From positions 4,947 to 68,946 of the forward strand of contig JAKQKX010000082.1 in assembly GCA_029560465.1 (NCBI GenBank): a DNA stretch of 64,000 bases. Reading direction: 5' to 3'. The notes under the pieces are model-generated. The model did no database searches. It was given only the letters and a program-made list of their open reading frames with translations, and was not told where the DNA came from. This document shows, piece after piece, positions 46,101 through 55,148 of the stretch; position 1 is the first letter of the stretch; every line of letters begins with the position of its first letter. The position numbers and the translations under genes are program-made. Source of the DNA: Candidatus Omnitrophota bacterium (GTDB lineage: Bacteria; Omnitrophota; Gorgyraeia; Zapsychrales; JANLHA01).

Positions 46101-46304
46101 AGGCTTGGTGACGAAATGCTCGACTTCTTCGGCTGTCGCGCCGGGATAGCTGGCGGAAATGCGCACGCGGTCAAAAGTGACATCGGGCATTTCTTCTTTC
46201 TTGATGTTCTGCCAGCTGAGTATCCCGCCTATGATGACGGTCAGAAAGATAAGATTCGTCAGAAGGTGGCGACGAATGAAATATTGTATGAGTTTTTCAA
46301 GCAT
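43155..46304 (-). CDS. RND efflux permease (AcrB/CzcA family)
   Basis: YPGATAEEVE, GMVVDDAIVVTENI, GVVINDSI and RLRAVLLTTLTT. Confidence 0.95.
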   Translation of the reverse strand: MLEKLIQYFIRRHLLTNLIFLTVIIGGILSWQNIKKEEMPDVTFDRVRISASYPGATAEEVEHFVTKPIEDEIQGIDGVYRVTSSATEGTTNITVEIEKDYPDKDEVITEIRNAVLDVDLPDDVRDDPTVRVFKTAKMAIMDVALYHTGKHLMDTADRKLLQEYAHALENQLLNLPQINSFNKSGYLQEEIQIKVDPAKLIEYEIPISQVMHTVKDNHVRQPAGNIETKNEPKVTLNSQLDTIEKLDHLIIQAGFEGKAIPLKDIAQLQSGFNTKKEIIKVNGHEAVILNVVKNTSYGILNSISAVLREIERFQRNFLQNSPVAITVMDDEATDLRNRLSIIAVNGSIGFFLILFFLFLFLDKKSGFWVAMGIPFTICFTLLAAFLLDYSINNITLAAVIIVMGMVVDDAIVVTENIARLRAQGMSSHDAAVKGTASVFLPVMASVMTTCIAFVPLFFFTGRFGQINRFIPPIIFLMLGSSLLEALIILPGHMHFEIPHLNNYWRRKKHTIAETRAHWFEKVEDAYGGLLVKILPYKMVVLSIFILLLGMSWLIMTQKMKFVMFPNEETREVMVSGEALDDYDRYDTAALTREIEEIIKPFLGREVIGVRTEIARSRRGSGVEENRFRAVIEIVPKEKRAQSADQLIALWKKDIDKIKGLKEMTIQKSRWGQSSGSAIEIIVQENDDGLREQAAHKLAELMKMHQALINVDIERPMPIPEYKIDLKRERIKRLDISAGDISNAFRAALEGTVLYELPKGDEEIDVRLSIIDEAKKDINDILKVPVENRNNYLVPLGDLVNVQQTTTPISISRRDRKRTTTVYADIKPKTGLTPLEIAVNLENNVFPHVTADHPSTTIAFIGEIQDTRESQGDLRKGIILVLFLIFSVLATLFNSLTRPLIIMLAIPFGLVGIILAFWFHGKILFGFFAAIGALGLAGVVINDSIIMLSRLDEEFAKIKCMNSSEINTLISRTAQTRLRAVLLTTLTTVAGLFPTAYGVAGYDAMLADMMLAMAWGLCFGTFITLLLVPCIYSFMQESRVMLKSALGFLK

Positions 46305-46391
46305 AAACCATCAATATGTGTTAAGACGTGTTTTATCAAGATCCAATTTTACAGTTTTTTCTCTTCCAGAAAGGCAAGCTTTGCCCGGCCT

Positions 46392-48053
46392 TTATGATTC
46401 CAGGAGTTTCGCGGTCACGAATTTTTTATACATCCGGCGGTCGAACCCCCCTGTTATAACCCCTTCTTTATCGGTCACGGGCAGAAAACCCAATCGGCAA
46501 TTGTCCATGTAGTTTTTGGCCTCCCATAAACTGGTCTCCAGGAAGACCGCGTGGGGGAACCGTTCTTTCAAATCGGCGGCTAACAGCAGCGGGTTGGCTT
46601 TTTCAAACAAAAGGGAATTCTTTATGCCGTCAATATTAATCACGCCGCTTAATTTCCCCTGCCTGTCCACGACGGGATATTGCGTGTAAGGGCTTTGGGC
46701 GAAAATTTCCAGGATCTCTTGAGCCGGTGTGTTCTCATGAATGAGCGGGTAATGGGTGTCCATGAGTTCCCGGACTGATGTGGCGCGCACGATGTCTTCT
46801 TCCGTGATGTTTTTGCCGGCTTCCTTGGCTTTCACGACCGCGTATCTCACGCAGGGCGGCCCGAGCAGCTGCACGACAAAAGTTGTCATCGTAATGATGA
46901 CAATCACCATGTTGCCCATGTCCTTGTCCAGAGACTGCGCAGCCACCAGGGAAAGCCCTATGGCCACACCGGCCTGGCTGAACAGGCATAACGGCAAGTA
47001 TTTCCTGACGACCGTGCCCGCGCGGGATATTTGGGCGCCCCAGTAGGCCCCGACCATTTTTCCTCCTGTCCGCCCCAGCAGATAAAGGACAAACACAAGA
47101 GACATGATGGGGGTGAAGGCTTGCAGGTTCAGCCGGGCGCCCACCATCACGAAAAATAAGATAAAGATCGGCGGGCTGAAATCCTGAATGATGCTGAATA
47201 CCTGCTTGCTCATCGCAGAGAGACGGTTGGCGACAATCATCCCCAGCGTCATCGCGGCCAGGAGCATGCTGACGTTGACCGCCATGGAAAAGCCGAGCAC
47301 GAATAAAACCATGCCGATGAGAAAGACGAGCATCCTCTCTTTCTGCTGGTAATGGTTGATGATCGTGACAAGGACCCATCCTGAAACGCTTCCCAAAATA
47401 AATGCGCCGCCGATTTCATAAAGGGGCTGAAAAAAAGCAGCGAAGGAAGCGTTTTGCGAAGTCCCTATCAGGTGAGTCACGACACTTGACGCGACCGCGA
47501 ACAGAATGATCGCCAGGACGTCATCTAACGCCACGATGCCGAAAACCATTGTCGTTAGAGGGCCTTTTGCTTTATATTCCCATAAAACATCCGTGGTGGC
47601 GGCTGGGGCCGTCGCCGAAGAAATAGCCCCTAAAAGCAAAGCCAGAGACCAGACCATCTTCGTGTCCTTGAAGAACAAAGTGCCGATCCCGCCGATCAGC
47701 AAAGTCACCAGGACAAAGGCGAACAGCCCTTCAAAAAGCAGGATAATCATGAATTGTTTTCCGTACTTTTTTAATGTTTCCCGGTTCAGTTCCCCGCCGA
47801 TCATGAAACCGATCAGCCCCAGGGCGAAATAACTGAAGGGCATGAGGGTCTGGAGCATTGGCGCATTAATGACCCCGATAACGCTTGGCCCCAACAGAAA
47901 GCCGATGAGGATATAACCCACTACCTGGGGGACCTTGATTTTTTGGAACAGACGGCCTCCGATTGTCCCGCCGAATAAGGCCAGGCCGAGCACAAGCAGC
48001 ATGTTCAGATGAAAATGGGAAATGTTGGTGATCAGAGAATTGAATTTTTCCAT
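46392..48053 (-). CDS. Cation:proton antiporter with C-terminal CBS pair
   Basis: PQVVGY, ATAPAAT, ALDD and SQAGVAIG; CBS YPVVD and LPVTD. Confidence 0.92.
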   Translation of the reverse strand: MEKFNSLITNISHFHLNMLLVLGLALFGGTIGGRLFQKIKVPQVVGYILIGFLLGPSVIGVINAPMLQTLMPFSYFALGLIGFMIGGELNRETLKKYGKQFMIILLFEGLFAFVLVTLLIGGIGTLFFKDTKMVWSLALLLGAISSATAPAATTDVLWEYKAKGPLTTMVFGIVALDDVLAIILFAVASSVVTHLIGTSQNASFAAFFQPLYEIGGAFILGSVSGWVLVTIINHYQQKERMLVFLIGMVLFVLGFSMAVNVSMLLAAMTLGMIVANRLSAMSKQVFSIIQDFSPPIFILFFVMVGARLNLQAFTPIMSLVFVLYLLGRTGGKMVGAYWGAQISRAGTVVRKYLPLCLFSQAGVAIGLSLVAAQSLDKDMGNMVIVIITMTTFVVQLLGPPCVRYAVVKAKEAGKNITEEDIVRATSVRELMDTHYPLIHENTPAQEILEIFAQSPYTQYPVVDRQGKLSGVINIDGIKNSLLFEKANPLLLAADLKERFPHAVFLETSLWEAKNYMDNCRLGFLPVTDKEGVITGGFDRRMYKKFVTAKLLES

Positions 48054-48143
48054 AAGTATTCCCGGTTTATCCTTTCATAAAACAGCATAAATTATTCCCG
48101 GGGGTCGTCCCTTCTTCAACTCCCCAGAGGGTTTCCATAGGGG

Positions 48144-48887
48144 TTAATCGCGTTTGCTGAACTCAAAAATTCCTATCAGTAACATAACAGACGCAAAGAT
48201 TATAAGAAATAAAAAATCGATCATTAAAGGGAATGTTTGTATCCCCAAAGTGGCCCACCGCAGGAGGTCAACCCCGTACGTTAAGGGGTTGATCAGGACA
48301 ATACAATTGACCCAAGGAGGAAGGTTGTCTAGGGGGAAGACCGCGCCGCTTAAAAAAAACATGGGCATAATAATGAAATTAGATATGACACCAAATCCCT
48401 CAAAAGAAGTCATCCGCGCGGCGATAACAATCCCCAGGCTGGTGCAGACAAACGCGATCAGGAACATAAACGGTAAAAGCAAGGAAAGCTGGGCCACGGA
48501 AATATTTATTTTTATAAGCGGGGCGAACGCCATGACGAACAGGCCTTCAATAAACGCGACCGTTGAGCCGCTTAAGGCTTTCCCTATGACGATTGAGCTG
48601 CGCGGTATGGGGGCCACCAGGATTTCGCGAAGAAAACCAAATTCCCTGTCCCAGATGATACTGATGGTTGATATCATGGCCGCGAAAATGAGGTTCATGG
48701 CGATAATCCCGGGGAAAATAAAGTGGGGGTAAGAAACCCCAGGGACATGAAAAGAGGCCTTTAATCCCGTGCCCATGATCAGCAGCCACATCACGGGCCT
48801 GGAGATAGAGCCTAAAAGCCTCACCTTATCACGGAAATGACGGGTAATATCTCTTATCCAGATCATCCGTATCGCGGCACAATCCAT
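48144..48887 (-). CDS. ABC-2 type permease (DrrB-like)
   Basis: WDREFGFLREILVAP, FFLSGAVFP and NPLTYGVD. Confidence 0.93.
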   Translation of the reverse strand: MDCAAIRMIWIRDITRHFRDKVRLLGSISRPVMWLLIMGTGLKASFHVPGVSYPHFIFPGIIAMNLIFAAMISTISIIWDREFGFLREILVAPIPRSSIVIGKALSGSTVAFIEGLFVMAFAPLIKINISVAQLSLLLPFMFLIAFVCTSLGIVIAARMTSFEGFGVISNFIIMPMFFLSGAVFPLDNLPPWVNCIVLINPLTYGVDLLRWATLGIQTFPLMIDFLFLIIFASVMLLIGIFEFSKRD

Positions 48888-48889
48888 AA

Positions 48890-49690
48890 TTACCTCAATT
48901 TCTGCCTGGCTCGGAAAAATGTCCCTAGCGATTCTTTCCCGTTGGCTTCTTCTTCCCTGATCCCCCGGCCTGTCACATTCAGGAAGACTTCATTCAAAGA
49001 AGACACGTTATATTTATTTTTTAAGCTGTCCGGAGTGTCCAAGTCAACGATTTTACCGTGATCCATGATTCCGACTCTTTGGCATATTTCCGCTTCGTCC
49101 ATGTAATGCGTCGTTAGAAAAACGGTGATTTTTTCTTTCCGTGCGAGATTTAATATATAATCCCAAATGTACTGTCTTGTTTGCGGGTCGAGCCCTGTGG
49201 TGGGCTCATCTAAAAATAGGATCTTGGGGCTGTGCATCAGGCCCCGGGCGATTTCCAACCTGCGCTTCATGCCTCCTGAAAACGTGCGCACCACAGAATC
49301 CCTTTTGGGGCATAATCCGACCATATTTAACACCTCATCAATGCGTGTTTTTCTTCTCCTAGAGGTGATATGATAAATCATCCCGTGAAAATTTAAGTTC
49401 TCATAAGCCGTGAGCCGTTCATCAAGGCTGGGATCCTGAAAAATAATCCCGATAGACTTTCGAACGTCTGTAGGGGAATCCGTGACATTAAAACCATTCA
49501 CGTCCGCCCTGCCGCTGGTTGGGACCATAAGGGTGCACAGGATGTTAATGGTCGTTGTTTTCCCGGCGCCGTTTGGACCTAAAAAACCGAATAATTCCCC
49601 TTTCTTAACATCAAACGAGATCCCGTCCACGGCCCGAACGCCACTGAAATGTTTTGATAAATTTTTGACGCTTATGGTTATTTCATTCAT
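48890..49690 (-). CDS. ABC ATP-binding protein (DrrA-like)
   Basis: GPNGAGKT, FSGGMKRRL, LDEPTTGLDP and TTHYMDEA. Confidence 0.95.
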   Translation of the reverse strand: MNEITISVKNLSKHFSGVRAVDGISFDVKKGELFGFLGPNGAGKTTTINILCTLMVPTSGRADVNGFNVTDSPTDVRKSIGIIFQDPSLDERLTAYENLNFHGMIYHITSRRRKTRIDEVLNMVGLCPKRDSVVRTFSGGMKRRLEIARGLMHSPKILFLDEPTTGLDPQTRQYIWDYILNLARKEKITVFLTTHYMDEAEICQRVGIMDHGKIVDLDTPDSLKNKYNVSSLNEVFLNVTGRGIREEEANGKESLGTFFRARQKLR

Positions 49691-49789
49691 ATATTGTTCA
49701 TCTATTCATATGCTGGATTTATATCCTGCGGGAAGGAGCGGGGTCACCCCTAGTGATGGCGATAAGGATCCAATTCATGAACAGATTCT

Positions 49790-49924
49790 TTATCCCTTAT
49801 TTTCGCATTTATTGCACAGCTCAGGGTTCTTGGCGGAAATTCGCACACCGAAAATTCTTGAGGCGATCAGGCGGTATAAAAATCCTTCCAGGGGGACTTT
49901 GCATTTTTTACATTTCTTAGTCAT
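49790..49924 (-). CDS. 44-aa two-CxxC microprotein
   Basis: Below the track cutoff: MTKKCKKCKVPLEGFLYRLIASRIFGVRISAKNPELCNKCENKG*. RBS GAGGAG. Confidence 0.75.
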   Translation of the reverse strand: MTKKCKKCKVPLEGFLYRLIASRIFGVRISAKNPELCNKCENKG

Positions 49925-49950
49925 AGCGTTTTCTCCTCAATAACTGATTT

Positions 49951-51453
49951 TTATCTTTTCCGGCCCAGGATGGAGCCTAACACCCCGCGGACAATTTGAC
50001 GGCCGAGAGAACTTCCAATGGAGCGCATGGTGCTTTTGGCGAAAGCGGTCCCAAGGGTATCCCTGGGGCGGCCAGGGCTTCGACACTGGGCCGGTTTCTG
50101 GCCGCGGGGTTGCGGCAGTCGGTACTTTTGCTGCCGCGGGGCGGGGAGCTGTGGCGACTGAGCGGCTTTTTGTGCCGTCCGTTTCTTTATCACTTCAAAC
50201 GCTGATTCCCGATCAACAGTTTTTTCATAGTTGCCGAAATGAATCGAGTTCTTAATAATTTCCTGCCGTTCATCGGGCATGATAGTGCCCAGGCGGCCCT
50301 GGGGCGGGCACACGAAAGCTCGCTCAACAACCGCCGGAGTCCCGTTTTCTTCCAAGAAAGAGATGAGGGCTTCTCCTACTCCCAGTTCAGTGATCACTTT
50401 TTCAATGATAAGTTGAGGATTAGCGCGAAACGTCTGTGCCATCATTTTAACCGCTTTTTGTTCCTGAGGCGTAAAGGCCCGTAAGGCATGCTGCACGCGG
50501 TTGCCTAATTGGGCCAAAACTTTATCCGGAATATCTTTCGGGTTCTGAGTGACAAAATAAACGCCGACTCCTTTAGAACGGATCAGCCTCACGACTTGTT
50601 CGATCTTATCCATTAAAACCGGCGGGGCTTCCTCAAAAAGGAGATGCGCTTCATCAAAAAAGAAAACCATTTTAGGCTTATCCAAATCTCCCACTTCCGG
50701 CAGGCATTCAAAGAGTTCCGCCAGAAGCCAAAGCAGAAAAGTGACATAGACTTTGGGCCGGTTAATCAGTTGATCCGCCGTTAGAATATTAATGACGCCT
50801 CTGCCATCCGAATGCGTTTGGATGAGGTCAAAAATATCCAGCATCGGTTCGCCGAAAAATTGATCTCCGGCCTGGGTCTCCAATTCCAACACCCCGCGCT
50901 GGATGGCGCCGATGGACGCTTTAGAAATATTCCCATATTCCGTGGTGAATGCCGAAGCGTTATCACCCACATACTGAACAATGGCGCGTAAATCTTTCAG
51001 GTCTAAAAGCAACAACCCGTTGTCATCGGCAATCTTAAAAATTAAAGTCAAGACTCCGGTCTGCACTTCATTGAGATTAAAAAGCCGGCCGATAAGAAAC
51101 GGCCCCATATCGGAAACCGTCGCCCGTACCGGATGGCCGTTTTTCCCGAAAACATCCCAAAAAGCCACAGGATATTCCCGGAAAGAATGCTCGGAAAGAT
51201 TGATGAGTTTAACCCGGTCCAGAATTTTTTGCTTCTCGCTTCCCTTCTGGCTGATTCCTGATAAGTCCCCTTTTACATCAGAGAGAAACACGGGAATGCC
51301 ATTTTCGCTTAGGCTTTCGGCGATTCTTTGTAAGGTAACGGTCTTGCCTGTCCCCGTAGCCCCGGCAATCAAACCATGGCGGTTCGCCATGTGCGGAAGC
51401 AAATAAAATTCCGCATTCTGCAAATTTTTAGCAATCAGCATCGGTTTTTTCAT
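49951..51453 (-). CDS. DUF853/YjgR HerA-like ATPase
   Basis: [32 protein letters not shown] and [11 protein letters not shown]. Confidence 0.95.
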   Translation of the reverse strand: MKKPMLIAKNLQNAEFYLLPHMANRHGLIAGATGTGKTVTLQRIAESLSENGIPVFLSDVKGDLSGISQKGSEKQKILDRVKLINLSEHSFREYPVAFWDVFGKNGHPVRATVSDMGPFLIGRLFNLNEVQTGVLTLIFKIADDNGLLLLDLKDLRAIVQYVGDNASAFTTEYGNISKASIGAIQRGVLELETQAGDQFFGEPMLDIFDLIQTHSDGRGVINILTADQLINRPKVYVTFLLWLLAELFECLPEVGDLDKPKMVFFFDEAHLLFEEAPPVLMDKIEQVVRLIRSKGVGVYFVTQNPKDIPDKVLAQLGNRVQHALRAFTPQEQKAVKMMAQTFRANPQLIIEKVITELGVGEALISFLEENGTPAVVERAFVCPPQGRLGTIMPDERQEIIKNSIHFGNYEKTVDRESAFEVIKKRTAQKAAQSPQLPAPRQQKYRLPQPRGQKPAQCRSPGRPRDTLGTAFAKSTMRSIGSSLGRQIVRGVLGSILGRKR

Positions 51454-51477
51454 TTCCGAGGACCCTTCTTCATGTTT

Positions 51478-52125
51478 TTATTTCGGCATGTTCTTGATAA
51501 AGGCATCAGCCTCGGCAATGGAGGTATTCATCCTCTCGATCAACTGCTCAATCTGGGATTGAATGCTTATCGCCTCCCCTTTCAAAGAACCAATCGCTGC
51601 CGCATTCAGGTTGTGCTTGAGATACAGCACATGGTCTTTGAGCTGCGTAAGCACGGGCTTCATGGACTCCTCTGAGGCACGCACAGCCTTTAATAATTGC
51701 GAATAACGGGATTTGGTTTCCGTGAGATTGCGTTTACTGTCGGCGGCAAAAGTCGGGTTACTGTATTGTTTAATCTCTTTTTCCCACTCGCTGAACATGG
51801 ATCCTGCTATGTTCTCCATGTTTTGAATACGGTTATGCACGACATCGGATTGGGACGCGGCGTCATCGTAGGCGGCTTTAAATTTGTTATACATATCTTC
51901 CAACCTGTCTCCTTGAAAACCGTATAACTCCTTCAGTTGAGTCATCGCATCCTTGAATTCTTGCTGCGCTTTTTGTTCGTCCTTACGCAGGGAAGTAACA
52001 GCTTTTGTTAGAAGCTGGCGTTTCTCATAACCAAACACTTTCTCCATTGTCGTGTTATAGACCGTTTGACACCCTGACGACAGTATCCCTAAAAGAAGAA
52101 AAAGCCACAGCATTTTTTGTCTCAT
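51478..52125 (-). CDS. DUF2959 family lipoprotein
   Basis: Lipobox SSGC; FSEWEKE and DHVLYLKHNLNAAAI. Confidence 0.9.
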   Translation of the reverse strand: MRQKMLWLFLLLGILSSGCQTVYNTTMEKVFGYEKRQLLTKAVTSLRKDEQKAQQEFKDAMTQLKELYGFQGDRLEDMYNKFKAAYDDAASQSDVVHNRIQNMENIAGSMFSEWEKEIKQYSNPTFAADSKRNLTETKSRYSQLLKAVRASEESMKPVLTQLKDHVLYLKHNLNAAAIGSLKGEAISIQSQIEQLIERMNTSIAEADAFIKNMPK

Positions 52126-52419
52126 TTTTAAAAAAGCCTTTCTATGGTATGTCTGAATTTTGTATTAAATGGCATCAGTCATGATTGATTGTCCATCCGG
52201 CGTCTACTGTGCAGGAACACTTATCAATTATCGCTATTTGCGAGTGATTTTTCCATAATTATTTATATTAACAATAAATATCCGCTTTTTGCTGACTCTG
52301 CATCGTCGGGACCAATCCTTCGGCCACTGGCAAATTGCCATATAGTGCTTTTCATTTATTTTAATTATTGTATATTAATAATAAACACTTTTAACGTTGA
52401 TAAATGAGGGCAAATCATC

Positions 52420-53259
52420 ATGAGTAAGCAATGTCCGTTATGCCACGCGGAAAACATAAAAGAATCTTTTGAAAAAAATTTAATTTTCTATTACCGTTGC
52501 CCATCATGCCGTTTTTTGTTTTCCGGCCAGGATCAAAATCCGAATTTGGAGAATACGGCCATCGAACACTATGAACCTGCCTATGTCCGTTATCTGGAAG
52601 ATTCTCCCGAAGACGAGATTAATTTCAGCAAGACACTGGCATGGATTGAACAATTTAAGCCTTTAAATGGCCTGCGCGTGCTTGACGTCGGCACAGGCAC
52701 GGGAAAGTTTGTGCGTTATCTTAGGCGGAACTCGGTTGACGCTTTTGGACTCGAGCCTTCTGTGGCTTTATTTAACCGGTATCTTGCCCGGGAGCCGTTC
52801 TTTTTTCTGACTGACCTTCAGGGATTGCCTTCGGCAACTTCCCCGGAGCTTAAATATGACGCGGTCATTATCTCCGATGTGATCGAGCATGTCCGGGACC
52901 CGCACCCCTTCTTTTCCGGCCTGGACCGCGTTTTAAAGCCAGGAGCGGTCGTGTACATCTGCACGCCGAATGCGGGCAGTTCCCTGGCGCGTCTCTGCGG
53001 GAAAAATTGGCATTATATCAACAAATATCATTTTTCATTTTTTTCCCGCGAAACATTACAGGGCATCACGGCGCAATATGGGTTAAAAGAATTAGGTTTC
53101 ACGCATTGCGCACGTTTTAGGTCCATCGGGTATATCTTTCAGTATTTCGCTGACTTCGTGGCCGGCGACAGCAAATTCCGTATCCCCGCTTCGTGGTACC
53201 AGCGTGGCCTCCCCCTGAATCTGCACGATTTAATGCAGGTGATCTACCAACACGCTTAA
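52420..53259 (+). CDS. Class I SAM methyltransferase with N-terminal Zn finger
   Basis: CPLC...CPSC, VLDVGTGTG, DVIEHVRDP and TPN. Confidence 0.9.
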   Translation: MSKQCPLCHAENIKESFEKNLIFYYRCPSCRFLFSGQDQNPNLENTAIEHYEPAYVRYLEDSPEDEINFSKTLAWIEQFKPLNGLRVLDVGTGTGKFVRYLRRNSVDAFGLEPSVALFNRYLAREPFFFLTDLQGLPSATSPELKYDAVIISDVIEHVRDPHPFFSGLDRVLKPGAVVYICTPNAGSSLARLCGKNWHYINKYHFSFFSRETLQGITAQYGLKELGFTHCARFRSIGYIFQYFADFVAGDSKFRIPASWYQRGLPLNLHDLMQVIYQHA

Positions 53260-55148
53260 AAATTTTGTCCCCGTCCCATCCGTTTCATTCTCTGGTGCCA
53301 GGCGATGAGGATGAGCAGGTTCCATATTTGCTTGGCGTTGTTCGTCGTCCCGGCGAAATGTTCGTCGCACATTTGCAGGGCCGCCTGGTGATTCAGGCCG
53401 GCCTCGCGGATATTTTCGGCGGTCAGAATATCACGGATTAGGCCTTTAAAATCATTTTTGATCCAGAGCGCCAAAGGGACAAAAAACGGGCGTTTCTTGC
53501 CCCGGATGATGCGTTGAGGAAGATAGGGGCGCATCCCTTGCCTCAGGATGAATTTCGGTTTTAATTTATAGGGCCAGGGTATACTGTTGACGCACGCGAT
53601 AAAATCATCATCCAGATACGGCATTTTAAATTGCAAGCGCGTGCCTTGCCCCACGGCGTTTAATTTCATAAGCCAACGCTCGCTTAAAATTTTAATATAA
53701 GCCGTTAAAACCTGGTTGACGAATGTGCGGGCATGGGCGTGCTGCTGCGATTCCAGCACTTCTTGATAGACCTCCGCGCCGTCTAAGCACAGACGCGCGC
53801 GCATGTCCTCCGGGTATAAGGGATTTTGATATGGAGGCGGGAATGGGCCCCACCAGGCTGCGTCACGCAGGGCGGGTGGATACCCGACGCCGCCGAGAAA
53901 CTGCTTGAAGCGGGCATCAAACGCGCAGTAGCGATAGGATACCGGCAGAAAACGTATTGCCGCCTCGAAATATTTTCTAAACAATTCCGGAACGCGCGCG
54001 TAGATCTCGGTGATCCGGTGGGCAAGGAATGACGGGTACCCCATGAAAAGCTCGTCCGGGCCGTCCCCCAGAAAGACATCATCCACGAGATTCTCGGCTA
54101 CCGGTGACAGGACCCCCCCGCAAATAATATCGTCATCGGAAAACGGGTCATCCACCTTTTCGATCCAATTTTTCAGAAACGCAAGGGCTTTCTGCGGGGT
54201 GAATAAGATTTCGTGGTGCTGGGTTTGAAAGAAGGACGCGACGAGCCCGGCTCGGGACGCCTCATTGAACGATTTCTCGTCAAATACAGCGGTAAATGTC
54301 TGCACGCGTGTCTCCGGACTGATGTGCTTGAGAACCGCCGCTAGGGAGCTTGAGTCAAGCCCGCCGCTTAAAAACAATCCAACCCGGGAACCGGCTGATA
54401 AGCGCCGTTTCGTGCTTTGACACAGGGACTGGAAGACGTTTTGGCCATGCCACGCCTCTTGCTTGCGGGGGGGGGCTTCCTGTTCTTGAAATTGAATATC
54501 CCAGTAGGCCCTCAAGCCCGTTATGTTTTGCTCGAAACAGAGGAAGGTCCCGGAAGCCAGGCGATGAACCCCTTCTAAAAGGGTATTCGGGCTAGGGACA
54601 AACCCGTAGGCAAAATATTTCGGCAAGACGGGCAGATGCAGCGGCGGCAGGAGTCCGGATATCTTAATGATGGTTTCCATGTCTTCGGAAAAAAATAAAC
54701 ACCCCTTATGTTGGGAATAATAAATTTTCCTAGGGTGGAGTTTCCCGTTGAGCAAGTAGAAAGTGCGCTGGTGGATGTCTCGCAGCGCCATGGAAAAATC
54801 CCCGTTTAACCGGGTGAAACAATGGTGATTGAATTTCTGAAACAGGCGCGTTATTAACCAAGCCGCGTCTTCAGCCGCGGGAACGCGATCTTCTTCCGGC
54901 AAAAGTATCAGGAGTTCTTTATGGTTGTAAAGGCTGCCGTTGAACAAAACAGAATATCCCGGGATTTCGGCCCCCTCCCCTTTTTTTCCTGCGGATGGTC
55001 GCGGGGCAAAACCCATAAACAGCCCATCCGTGGAGCTGTTGAGAAGACAGGGTTGGCCCGCAGGAACGGCGAGCCTTTTGAGACGATGTATGATGTCTGG
55101 AGAGAGTGGCCGCTCCCAGGAAACGGCTCCGTAAAAGCCGGGCATCAT
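53256..55148 (-). CDS. Asparagine synthetase B-like amide ligase lacking the catalytic N-terminal Cys
   Basis: FNGSLYNH, LNGDFS, LSGGLDSS, GDGPDELFMGY and PYLD. The N-terminus is MMPGFYG rather than MCGI. Confidence 0.88.
   Translation of the reverse strand: MMPGFYGAVSWERPLSPDIIHRLKRLAVPAGQPCLLNSSTDGLFMGFAPRPSAGKKGEGAEIPGYSVLFNGSLYNHKELLILLPEEDRVPAAEDAAWLITRLFQKFNHHCFTRLNGDFSMALRDIHQRTFYLLNGKLHPRKIYYSQHKGCLFFSEDMETIIKISGLLPPLHLPVLPKYFAYGFVPSPNTLLEGVHRLASGTFLCFEQNITGLRAYWDIQFQEQEAPPRKQEAWHGQNVFQSLCQSTKRRLSAGSRVGLFLSGGLDSSSLAAVLKHISPETRVQTFTAVFDEKSFNEASRAGLVASFFQTQHHEILFTPQKALAFLKNWIEKVDDPFSDDDIICGGVLSPVAENLVDDVFLGDGPDELFMGYPSFLAHRITEIYARVPELFRKYFEAAIRFLPVSYRYCAFDARFKQFLGGVGYPPALRDAAWWGPFPPPYQNPLYPEDMRARLCLDGAEVYQEVLESQQHAHARTFVNQVLTAYIKILSERWLMKLNAVGQGTRLQFKMPYLDDDFIACVNSIPWPYKLKPKFILRQGMRPYLPQRIIRGKKRPFFVPLALWIKNDFKGLIRDILTAENIREAGLNHQAALQMCDEHFAGTTNNAKQIWNLLILIAWHQRMKRMGRGQNF

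Noticed and set aside
45549-46397. 282-aa plus-strand ORF
   Set aside because: It is an antisense shadow of the RND gene.
46735-47379. 214-aa alternative-frame ORF
   Set aside because: It lies within the antiporter gene, and its Arg/His/Gly-rich composition is typical of off-frame GC-rich sequence.
52126-52419. Possible riboswitch or ncRNA in the divergent intergenic region (GGCAAATTGCC palindrome)
   Set aside because: No match to riboswitch cores I can recognise. It is consistent with AT-rich promoters.
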